Source: an uncultured Helicobacteraceae bacterium (lineage in GTDB: Bacteria > Campylobacterota > Campylobacteria > Campylobacterales > UBA6016). From it: a DNA stretch of 64,000 nucleotides. The position numbers and the translations under genes were made by a program. The DNA lies in the NCBI GenBank assembly GCA_937973585.1, contig CALJKN010000192.1, positions 28,733 through 92,732 of the forward strand, read 5' to 3'. Shown in pieces: positions 25,848 to 33,451 of the stretch. Numbering within the stretch: the first letter of the stretch is position 1; every line of letters begins with the position of its first letter. The notes under the pieces are model-generated. The model had not been told where the DNA came from. It worked only from the letters and a program-made list of their open reading frames with translations, and ran no database searches.

Positions 25848-27550
25848 TATAGCCCCTCTCCTGCACCGAATTTTTGCTCCGCAAACGCCTCGACCGACAA
25901 TCTAGCTTTGCAAGCAGGGCAACAATGAAGGGATTTTATTTTAAACATATCGTTTGCAAACAACGGGGTCATCATGGCGGTAACTTTTTCAATAGCTTTT
26001 TTAGGGGCAATCGGTACACCGCACTCAATGCACAAAAACGGCTCATCCGCAACAAGGGTTTTATGTGAGAAATACCCTCCGTTTAGGTGTACACCATCTC
26101 TTGCAACGGTTATACATTTTTCCGGACAGACCGCTTCACAGTATCCGCAAGTCGTGCACTCCGGAGCGCTAAACAAAAGCTCACCCTTCTCCTGATCGGC
26201 AAAAATGGCGTTAACGTTGCAAACCGTCGCACACCCGAGACACATAGTGCATCTGTCTTTGTCAACCTCTACAAGACCGTATTTTGTAAATTCATAAAAA
26301 TCGAGCTTTCCGTAATCGTTGTTGCCGATCAGCCTTGCAATCCTGATAGCAACATCCTGTCTTTTTTTAGGGGCGTTAGTCTGTGTAAGAGGGATAAAAG
26401 AGCCGTCCACACAGGTTGCGCTTTGCATAGCCTCCGCCAGCGACTCTTTGTCTTTACATAAATGTATAGCTTTAGTATTAAAAACCCTCGTATAAAGGTC
26501 GTTTAGCATCTCGATAGCCTGCAATGTCCCAGGTGCTACTTTTTTACTGTAAAAAATAACCTGTGAGCCGCTTTCGCCGAGAAGGGTCAAAAATGCCCAC
26601 TCCTCCAAAAATTTTGCGCCCGAAATAACAAAAGGGAGGAGATCGTGTCTAAGTTCTATATCCAAATCTTCAATCAGGTACTCCGGTACCACAAAAGGAA
26701 TTTTGTCTTTAAACAGTTTTGACACCTCAAAAAAACTCTCTTTTGAAAAGCTCTGAAACTCCAAAGCTCCGGATGGGCAAACAGATACGCAACCCCCTTC
26801 TGCACAAACAGAACATTCGACACCGCTAAAAGAGAGCTTCATAACAGAGTCGTCGGCACTAACCCCCATGCTTGGGCAAACCGTCGCACAAGCTTTACAT
26901 AAAGGAGTTTGTCTCTCATTATATTGACAAATAGTAGAGTCGTAAGACAATACTTTTTTATATTCAAAATTTCCAATCCTGCTTTGCAGTTTTGAAACGA
27001 CACTATCATCCTCTATCTCACCCCCAAAGGCTACGATGCCTCCGAGCTTCAAAAGCGATTCACTCGGATTCTCGACAGCTATCTGCGATACATCGATACA
27101 CTCCTCAGTCTCCCCTTTTTGAAGCCTTACTTTTATGCTTCCCAGTTCTCCGGATATACCGATAATATCAGAGCCGTCCGATAGATACACATCTGCAAAA
27201 CCGGAGATTTTTGCACTTAGCCGATTGAGTGATTCGTCAGATTTGGAGATTATCAATATTTTATTGCCGAGATCGGCGCTCTCAAATTCTGTTTTTGAAA
27301 AATCATAAACAATCGCACGAGCCTCATACATTGATTTTATATTTGAGGCTTGCACAAAAAGCGGTGCACTGCTGTGCTTTAGATACCAGTCGATTTCAGG
27401 TGCCGTAATATCCGCTTTTGAATTATTAGAGATAAGAGCATTTTCGGTAAAAATCTCATCTTTTTCCTTTACCGATATCCCAAAGCTCTCAAGCAAGCGA
27501 GATATTTCGTCGTTTTTGCTATTTTTTATGTATAAAAATTCTGCGCCCAT
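25847..27550 (-). CDS. Multi-cluster 4Fe-4S ferredoxin-domain protein with a non-Fe-S N-terminal ~200 aa
   Basis: 567 aa. Cys motifs CKACATVCP, CSVCAEGGCVSVCP, CTMCLGCATVCN, CTTCGYCEAVCP, CIECG...CCPACK. ATG/stop overlap with the chaperone gene. Confidence 0.7.
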   Translation of the reverse strand: MGAEFLYIKNSKNDEISRLLESFGISVKEKDEIFTENALISNNSKADITAPEIDWYLKHSSAPLFVQASNIKSMYEARAIVYDFSKTEFESADLGNKILIISKSDESLNRLSAKISGFADVYLSDGSDIIGISGELGSIKVRLQKGETEECIDVSQIAVENPSESLLKLGGIVAFGGEIEDDSVVSKLQSRIGNFEYKKVLSYDSTICQYNERQTPLCKACATVCPSMGVSADDSVMKLSFSGVECSVCAEGGCVSVCPSGALEFQSFSKESFFEVSKLFKDKIPFVVPEYLIEDLDIELRHDLLPFVISGAKFLEEWAFLTLLGESGSQVIFYSKKVAPGTLQAIEMLNDLYTRVFNTKAIHLCKDKESLAEAMQSATCVDGSFIPLTQTNAPKKRQDVAIRIARLIGNNDYGKLDFYEFTKYGLVEVDKDRCTMCLGCATVCNVNAIFADQEKGELLFSAPECTTCGYCEAVCPEKCITVARDGVHLNGGYFSHKTLVADEPFLCIECGVPIAPKKAIEKVTAMMTPLFANDMFKIKSLHCCPACKARLSVEAFAEQKFGAGEGL

Positions 27551-27706
27551 CTGTACCTACATTTTAAGTTGTATTTGCCCTGAACCTATACGAATCAATC
27601 GTTATTCTATAGGGGAATAATGCATTTTAGCTTTAAATTAACATTATTACAATTGCGAATATCTTAGCCGTTGAAATTTTAAAGTTTTATTAATTGAAAA
27701 AAATAA

Positions 27707-27728
27707 TTATCTTATTAATTTAAGATAA
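27707..27728. promoter_or_regulatory. 22-bp inverted repeat TTATCTTA-ttaatt-TAAGATAA in the divergent fdh/sel control region
   Basis: Perfect 8-bp arms separated by 6 bp inside a 525-bp, very AT-rich intergenic region. Operator-like geometry. Confidence 0.35.
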
Positions 27729-28075
27729 GAAAACGATAATAATATAAAATATTTTTATTATTCAGCCAAAAAATAGGTTTGATAAAATATCTGAAATTAA
27801 AGGGTTTGCGGCTATTTTGGTTAAATTTATTTTTAATATAAAATGAAAGCAAAGATAGATTGCGGTTTCAATCAAAAATCCTTAACATTAAAACGATTTC
27901 GGCGACAAATTGACTTATTATTATATTAAGTTATATTTCAGTTCCCTTGTATATAATTGGCGGACGATATAAATCAGGCAAACAAGGTCTAAGTTTTAGA
28001 CAGACAAAAAAGTTAAAGCCAACCTCTTTTTGTTTCGGCCGTTTATACAAATCCCATATTAGCAAGGTTGTCAAA

Positions 28076-28666
28076 ATGGTTTTTTTAGATTTACGGGGGA
28101 TGGAGTGCCCAAAACCTGTCGTCGAGACAAAGCGCTCGATACAAGAGGGTAAATTTCCGATAAAAATAGTAGTAAATGGGCAGGCTCCAAAAGAGAACAT
28201 AGCCAGAATGCTGGACGGTATTAGCGCCGATTACCAAAAACATACGGAATCCGGTGAGACCGAATTTGTAATTTCAAATGCTGTTTTTTTGGCAGATACC
28301 GAGGAGATTATAGAGTGTTCACCGGAGAGGAAGAAAGAGAAAATATTTTTATTTAAAGGTGACTTTATAGGTTCCGACGAGGTGCTCGGCAAAAAACTGG
28401 CAAGAGGTTTTTTAAAGACGATTCTAAACCTTGACACCAAACCACAAGCGATTTTTTTTATAAATAGCGGTGTCAAACTGACAACTTCAGAGGAGACAGA
28501 GCTAAACGAAACCCTAAAAAATCTGGAAAACTCAAACATAGATATCTACTCCTGCGGTGTATGTCTTGAATATTTTGGTTTAACCGACTCTTTAAAAGTC
28601 GGCAAAATAGGCAATGCGCTTGATACGATGAACTCACTTGTAAAATATGAAACGGTTTCATTATGA
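28076..28666 (+). CDS. yedF: YedF-type selenium metabolism protein (TusA-like N-domain + DsrE-like C-domain)
   Basis: TusA/SirA CPxP motif LDLRGMECPKPV. The C-terminal domain has the redox motif CGxC (SCGVC). I start at ATG 28076 (AAGG RBS); the track start 27947 (TTG) lies in the promoter-like AT-rich DNA. ATGA overlap with selD. Confidence 0.7.
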   Translation: MVFLDLRGMECPKPVVETKRSIQEGKFPIKIVVNGQAPKENIARMLDGISADYQKHTESGETEFVISNAVFLADTEEIIECSPERKKEKIFLFKGDFIGSDEVLGKKLARGFLKTILNLDTKPQAIFFINSGVKLTTSEETELNETLKNLENSNIDIYSCGVCLEYFGLTDSLKVGKIGNALDTMNSLVKYETVSL

Positions 28667-29697
28667 CGGATAAAATAATACGACTCACGCAAAGCGTAAA
28701 AGCGGCTGGTTGAGCGGCAAAAGCGGGCCCGTGCGGCCTACACGACGCATTGTCGGCCATAAAGCAAAACGCTAACGAAAAAGTAATAGTCGGCTTCGAT
28801 ACAAAAGATGATGCCGGTGTTTTTGAGATAGGCGACGGTCTTGTCTTGGTTCAAACCGTTGACTTTATAACGCCTGTGGTAGATGATCCGTACGAATACG
28901 GACAAATCGCCGCCGCAAACGCCCTAAGCGATTCGTACGCAATGAACATAAGGCCGCTTACGGCGTTAAATATCGCATGTTTTAATTTTAAAGAGTTTTC
29001 AGGCGAAACTCTAAAGGCTATATTATCCGGCGGTATGGACAAGGTATCTGAAGCTGGTTGTACACTCCTTGGAGGGCATACGGTTGAGGATTCGGAGATA
29101 AAATTCGGCCTTTCGGTTACCGGAATCGGTAAAAAAAATATGGTAGTAAGAAACAATACCCCAAAAGAGGGAGATTTGTTAATTTTGACAAAACCTTTGG
29201 GTAGCGGAATTATATCAACCGCTATAAAGGCAGGTGTTGCAGCCCCGTATCATATATATGAAGCCACTAAATGGATGAAAAAATTGAATAGATTAGAGGC
29301 TCTCTTGGATGGAAGGCTAAATGTTAATGCAATGACCGATATAACCGGTTTTGGCCTTATCGGGCACCTAAAAGAGATGCTATCCGAGCGGTTTTCGGCG
29401 GATTTGCATCTCGATAAAATACCGCTTATGGAAGGGGTCAAGGGGTATTTTTTGGACGGTTTCGTACCGGAGGGAAGCTATAAAAATAGACATGAATCCG
29501 GCGAAAATACATATATAAACGATGAGTTTTTTAATACATTGCTTTTTGATGCTCAGACATCGGGCGGGCTGTTAATATCCGTAGCGGAAAATATGGCAGA
29601 ACCCATATTGCAAGAGGCGAAAAATGCAGGTTTTTTGCAGGCGGCTATCATCGGAGAGGTAAAACAAAGGGTGGAAGCCGAGATTATAGGGGGATAA
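28663..29697 (+). CDS. selD: Selenide, water dikinase SelD, itself a selenoprotein (UGA at 28711-28713)
   Basis: The track ORF starts at 28750. Reading upstream in frame from ATG 28663 gives MTDKIIRLTQSVKAAG-U-AAKAGPCGLHDALSAIKQNANEKVIVGFDTKDDAGVF, the SelD N-terminal loop with Sec at the Cys/Sec position. Downstream motifs: GGHTVED, LILTKPLGSG. Confidence 0.9.
28725..28739 (+). promoter_or_regulatory. Candidate SECIS hairpin for selD (GGGCC-CGUGC-GGCCU)
   Basis: 5-bp stem (one G-U pair) with a 5-nt loop, starting 11 nt after the UGA. Confidence 0.45.
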
Positions 29698-29699
29698 AC

Positions 29700-29796
29700 G
29701 GCGAGAAGGCGAAGGAGTCGAACCTTCCTCCAGACAGCCACCTGTCCGGACAGTGGGTTTGAAGCCCATGACGCCCCCGGGGTCGTATGCCTTCCG
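29700..29796 (-). tRNA. selC: tRNA-Sec (anticodon UCA)
   Basis: Minus-strand read: GGAAGGC-AU-ACGACC-CCGG-GGGCGU...UGGG-CUUCAAA-CCCA...UCCGGACAG-GUGG-CUGUCUGGA...GAAGG-UUCGACU-CCUUC-GCCUUCU. This gives a 6-bp D-stem with a 4-nt loop, the same anticodon loop CUUCAAA as E. coli selC, a 9-bp extra arm and T-loop UUCGACU. The exact ends are uncertain by 1-3 nt. Confidence 0.85.
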
Positions 29797-29845
29797 TGTT
29801 TTAAAAAGAGGATTCTACACGAGTGAATATTAAAAAGAGTTATAA

Positions 29846-31195
29846 ATGATGGAAGAGCTAAAAAAAATACCGCAAATCGGAAAATTTCTTTTGAGAAAAG
29901 AGTTTGACGCCATAAACAAAACATCTTTACAAAAGATAATCAACAATTTTTTCTCAAAACTAAAAGACGGAGCAAAAAAGGGGCTTGCGATAAATCAAAG
30001 TCAGGATGAAATGGCAAAAGAGGTTTTGAAGATGTTAGACAATATTGCAGAAAACTCTTTAAAGCCGATTGTAAATGCGACCGGCGTAGTGTTGCATACA
30101 AATCTCGGCAGGGCTCCGATAGACAAGGAAATTATAGGTGAGGCCGAAAAAATAGCCGGATATTCAAATCTGGAATTTGATTTAAAAACAGGCAAAAGGG
30201 GGGAGAGGTATGCACATCTTGGGGAAAAACTCTCCTTTTTATTAGGATGTGAAGATGCCATAGTCGTTAACAACAATGCGGCGGCTGTTTTTTTGGTTTT
30301 AAACACCTTTTCAAAAAATAAAAATACTCTAGTCTCAAGAGGTGAACTAGTCGAGATCGGCGGATCATTTCGGGTTCCGGATGTTATGAGAGAGAGCGGC
30401 GCACTGCTAAAAGAGATCGGAACTACAAATAAAACAAAAATTTCAGACTATGAAAACGGGATCGATGAAAATACGGCAATACTGATGAAAGTCCACAAAT
30501 CTAACTTTTCGATAGTCGGTTTTTGCGAGGAGACCGATTTTTTGGATATTACTGCCTTGGCTGCAAAAAAAGGGCTGGTCGATTATTTCGATGTCGGTAG
30601 CCTTGCTCTTAAAAAATACGATTTTATCGGCGATGAACCTAGCGCTGAGGAGATTTTTTCAAATAATCCGTCGCTTGTCAGTTTTAGCGGCGATAAGCTG
30701 TTCGGCTCCGTGCAAGCCGGAATAATAGCCGGGAAAAAAGAGCTCATAGAAAAAATCAAAAAAAATCAACTCCTTAGGATGCTTAGAGTCGATAAGTTTA
30801 CTTTGGCAATATTGGAGGCAACTGTATCCAGATATATCGTAAGCGGTGAAAAGAAGATTAAAACGCTCCGTCTATTGTCAAAAACCAAAGAGCAGATGCA
30901 TAAAGAGGCAGCCACCCTACTCTACCTTTTAGGAAATAACCCTATTTTTAAGATTAAAGAGGGCGAAACTTTTGTAGGCGGCGGCTCTTTGCCCGGTCAC
31001 AAAATTCCAACCGTTTGCATAATAGTTGAGGATCAGGCCAAAAAAGCGGAAGCAAACCTAAAAGCACTCAGAGAGTACGGCATAATAGGTCGGATAGAAT
31101 CTGATGCCGTGGTGATAGATCTAAAAAGTGTAGACGAGGATGAACTCCAGATAATCGCCGAAGGGCTTAATAAAATATTCGGAACAAGACAATGA
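29846..31195 (+). CDS. selA: L-seryl-tRNA(Sec) selenium transferase SelA
   Basis: 449 aa. SelA pattern VVNNNAAAV, FSGDKLFGSVQAGII (PLP-Lys context). Confidence 0.9.
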   Translation: MMEELKKIPQIGKFLLRKEFDAINKTSLQKIINNFFSKLKDGAKKGLAINQSQDEMAKEVLKMLDNIAENSLKPIVNATGVVLHTNLGRAPIDKEIIGEAEKIAGYSNLEFDLKTGKRGERYAHLGEKLSFLLGCEDAIVVNNNAAAVFLVLNTFSKNKNTLVSRGELVEIGGSFRVPDVMRESGALLKEIGTTNKTKISDYENGIDENTAILMKVHKSNFSIVGFCEETDFLDITALAAKKGLVDYFDVGSLALKKYDFIGDEPSAEEIFSNNPSLVSFSGDKLFGSVQAGIIAGKKELIEKIKKNQLLRMLRVDKFTLAILEATVSRYIVSGEKKIKTLRLLSKTKEQMHKEAATLLYLLGNNPIFKIKEGETFVGGGSLPGHKIPTVCIIVEDQAKKAEANLKALREYGIIGRIESDAVVIDLKSVDEDELQIIAEGLNKIFGTRQ

Positions 31196-33015
31196 CCTCT
31201 GTAATTATCGGTCTGGCCGGACACGTTGACCACGGCAAAACAAGCCTGATAAAAGCAATCAGCGGCTTCGATGGAGATGAGACAAAAGAGGAGAAAAACA
31301 GAGGACTCACTATTGATCTTAGTTTTAGCTTTATAGAAAACGACTCAAAAAGGGTATTTTTTGTCGATGTGCCTGGGCATGAAAAGTTTGTAAAAAACTA
31401 CCTTGCCGGAGTATTTGGTTTTGACTCTCTTTTGCTTATCGTTGCGGCAAATGATGGGATTAGGGAGCAGACTTACGAGCACTTGCAGATTGCAAAACTA
31501 GCCGGAATCATAGATGTAAACGTTGTAATCACAAAAGTAGATTTAGCCGACACCCAAACAATACAAAAACTAAAAACAGATATTGCAACGCTACTAAAGA
31601 GTAACGGTTTTTTACTCGGAGATATTTTTTCATTTTCAATAAAAATCGATGGAAGCGGCGAAAAAATCAAAGACAAACTACTATCATCAAAGATAGAAAA
31701 ACGGTCCAAGGAGCCGCTTTTTAGATACTACATTGACAGGAGCTTCTCGGTTGAGGGGTTTGGAACCGTTGTAACCGGCAGTGCTCTCGGCGGCAAAGTA
31801 TCCAAAAAAGATAAAGTATATATCCCAAATATCAAAAAAGACGCAATAGTAAAAAATATAGAATCGGCAAAGCAGAGCGCCGATACCGCAAACCCTTCGG
31901 AGAGGATAGCCCTAAATATTGCAGGGATCAAATCCTCAGAACTACGAAGAGGTTATCTAATCGTTGCCCCAAATTATCTACGGGGTTTTAAAGAGATAGA
32001 CGTAAAAATAACCAGCCTAAACGATACCGGAATAAAGCACCTCTCCACCCTCTCAATGCACATAGGTTCGGCAAAACACGATGTAAAGGTAAAAATTCTG
32101 GAGGAAAACAAAGAGTTTTCATTTGCAACACTAGAGAGTAAAAATGATATCTTTTCGCTATTTTCAGAGAGATTTATACTCAGGAGTGAAACAGGGACTA
32201 TCGGTGGCGGCGTTGTCCTAAACCCTATAGCAGAGCCTATGAAAAAAAAGCAAAAAATAGAGTTTTTGACACTACTTGCCGATAATTTGATGATAAAAGC
32301 TTTTGAGATGCTAGTCGGTGTCCACAAAAAAGGGTTCGGACTAATCGGGGCGTACCAACGTTTCGGATTGGAGCAGGAGAAAGCCCTAGAGATGGCCTCA
32401 AAAATGGAAAACGTTTTTGTAGATATCGGCGAAAAAGTAGTCTATCCAACGGCTACGGCTGAGCTTTTAAAAGAGGAGATACTTAAAATATTTAAAAAAA
32501 ATAAAAGAGCTCTTTTGTCAAAAAATTCGATGAATAACAGATTTTCATGGGCCTCTGTTGCGGTTTGCGATTTTGCCTTAAAAAAACTGGAATCGGACGG
32601 TTTGCTAATCTTTGAAAACGGTCTTTATAAAAGCAAAGATTGCGATATCAAAGACATGAAGGCTTTTATAGAGGAGGCGATATACAAGGAGTTGGAAACG
32701 GGCGGGTTTTCACCGGTCGCCCCTTACAATATTTATGATGCCTTGGATATCGATAGAAAAACAGGGGATGAAGGGTTAAAAAAACTATGCTCATCGTCTA
32801 AAGCAATCAGACTCTCGCATAACCTATTTTTGACATCTCAAAATTTATCGGATGTAATGGTACTGCTTAGGAAAATAATCTCGGAAAAAGGTTTTGTGGA
32901 TATCGAAACGGCCAAAAAAGAGACGGGGCTAAGCAGAAAGTATCTGATAGGATATCTGGAGTATTTGGATAAATTTTCTGATATTAAAAAAGACGGACAA
33001 AGAAGGTTTATATAA
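31192..33015 (+). CDS. selB: Selenocysteine-specific elongation factor SelB
   Basis: 607 aa. GTPase motifs GHVDHGKT, DVPGHEKF, TKVD, and a long C-terminal winged-helix extension. ATGA overlap with selA. Confidence 0.9.
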   Translation: MTSVIIGLAGHVDHGKTSLIKAISGFDGDETKEEKNRGLTIDLSFSFIENDSKRVFFVDVPGHEKFVKNYLAGVFGFDSLLLIVAANDGIREQTYEHLQIAKLAGIIDVNVVITKVDLADTQTIQKLKTDIATLLKSNGFLLGDIFSFSIKIDGSGEKIKDKLLSSKIEKRSKEPLFRYYIDRSFSVEGFGTVVTGSALGGKVSKKDKVYIPNIKKDAIVKNIESAKQSADTANPSERIALNIAGIKSSELRRGYLIVAPNYLRGFKEIDVKITSLNDTGIKHLSTLSMHIGSAKHDVKVKILEENKEFSFATLESKNDIFSLFSERFILRSETGTIGGGVVLNPIAEPMKKKQKIEFLTLLADNLMIKAFEMLVGVHKKGFGLIGAYQRFGLEQEKALEMASKMENVFVDIGEKVVYPTATAELLKEEILKIFKKNKRALLSKNSMNNRFSWASVAVCDFALKKLESDGLLIFENGLYKSKDCDIKDMKAFIEEAIYKELETGGFSPVAPYNIYDALDIDRKTGDEGLKKLCSSSKAIRLSHNLFLTSQNLSDVMVLLRKIISEKGFVDIETAKKETGLSRKYLIGYLEYLDKFSDIKKDGQRRFI

Positions 33016-33021
33016 GATCTC

Positions 33022-33036
33022 CCCGCTTTGAGCGGG
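33022..33036. terminator. Weak hairpin between convergent selB and atpE (cccgc-tttga-gcggg)
   Basis: 5-bp GC stem with no strong U-tract. Confidence 0.3.
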
Positions 33037-33051
33037 AAGTAAGTAGGTAGA

Positions 33052-33366
33052 TTAACCTAGGAAAGGGTTTGCGTAAAGAGCGATTAGAGCGATAACAAGT
33101 GTATAGATAACTTGCGCTTCGATCATCGCAAGTGCGATAAACATTGTAGTAAGAAGCTTGCCGCCCATACCTGGGTTTCTAGCTGTACCGGCGATTGTTG
33201 CAGCAGCAGCATTACCCATACCGATAGCGCCACCAAGAGCGGCTATACCAAGACCAACGCCTGCAGCGATGATTGAAGCAGATTTAAGAGTTTGATTTGC
33301 AACTTCACCGTCAGCAGCGAAAGCAGCAGCAGCAAGAGCAAGAATCATAAGAACGATTTTTTTCAT
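33052..33366 (-). CDS. atpE: F0F1 ATP synthase subunit c
   Basis: 104 aa. A signal-like N-terminus then a c-subunit helical hairpin (GLGIAALGGAIGMG...ARNPG...ALAMIEAQVIY). Confidence 0.9.
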   Translation of the reverse strand: MKKIVLMILALAAAAFAADGEVANQTLKSASIIAAGVGLGIAALGGAIGMGNAAAATIAGTARNPGMGGKLLTTMFIALAMIEAQVIYTLVIALIALYANPFLG

Positions 33367-33451
33367 TGTGAGTCTCCATAAAAAATTTTTGCAAGTAAGT
33401 CTGTTCGGCTTGCGTATCCCTACTAAACACTTTTGCGGGTGGCATTATAGC

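Noticed and set aside
27947-28075. N-terminal 43-codon extension of the yedF-like ORF (track start TTG 27947), and the overlapping minus ORF 27931..28200.
   Set aside because: The extension begins inside an extended -10-like TGTATATAAT box and is basic low-complexity sequence. ATG 28076 has an RBS and starts exactly at the TusA-like domain. The minus ORF has no features and overlaps the real gene.
29698-29845. tRNA-Sec as an integration hotspot flanked by a genomic island.
   Set aside because: No integrase, direct repeat of the tRNA 3' end, or foreign-looking genes flank it. The neighbours are the functionally matched selD and selA.
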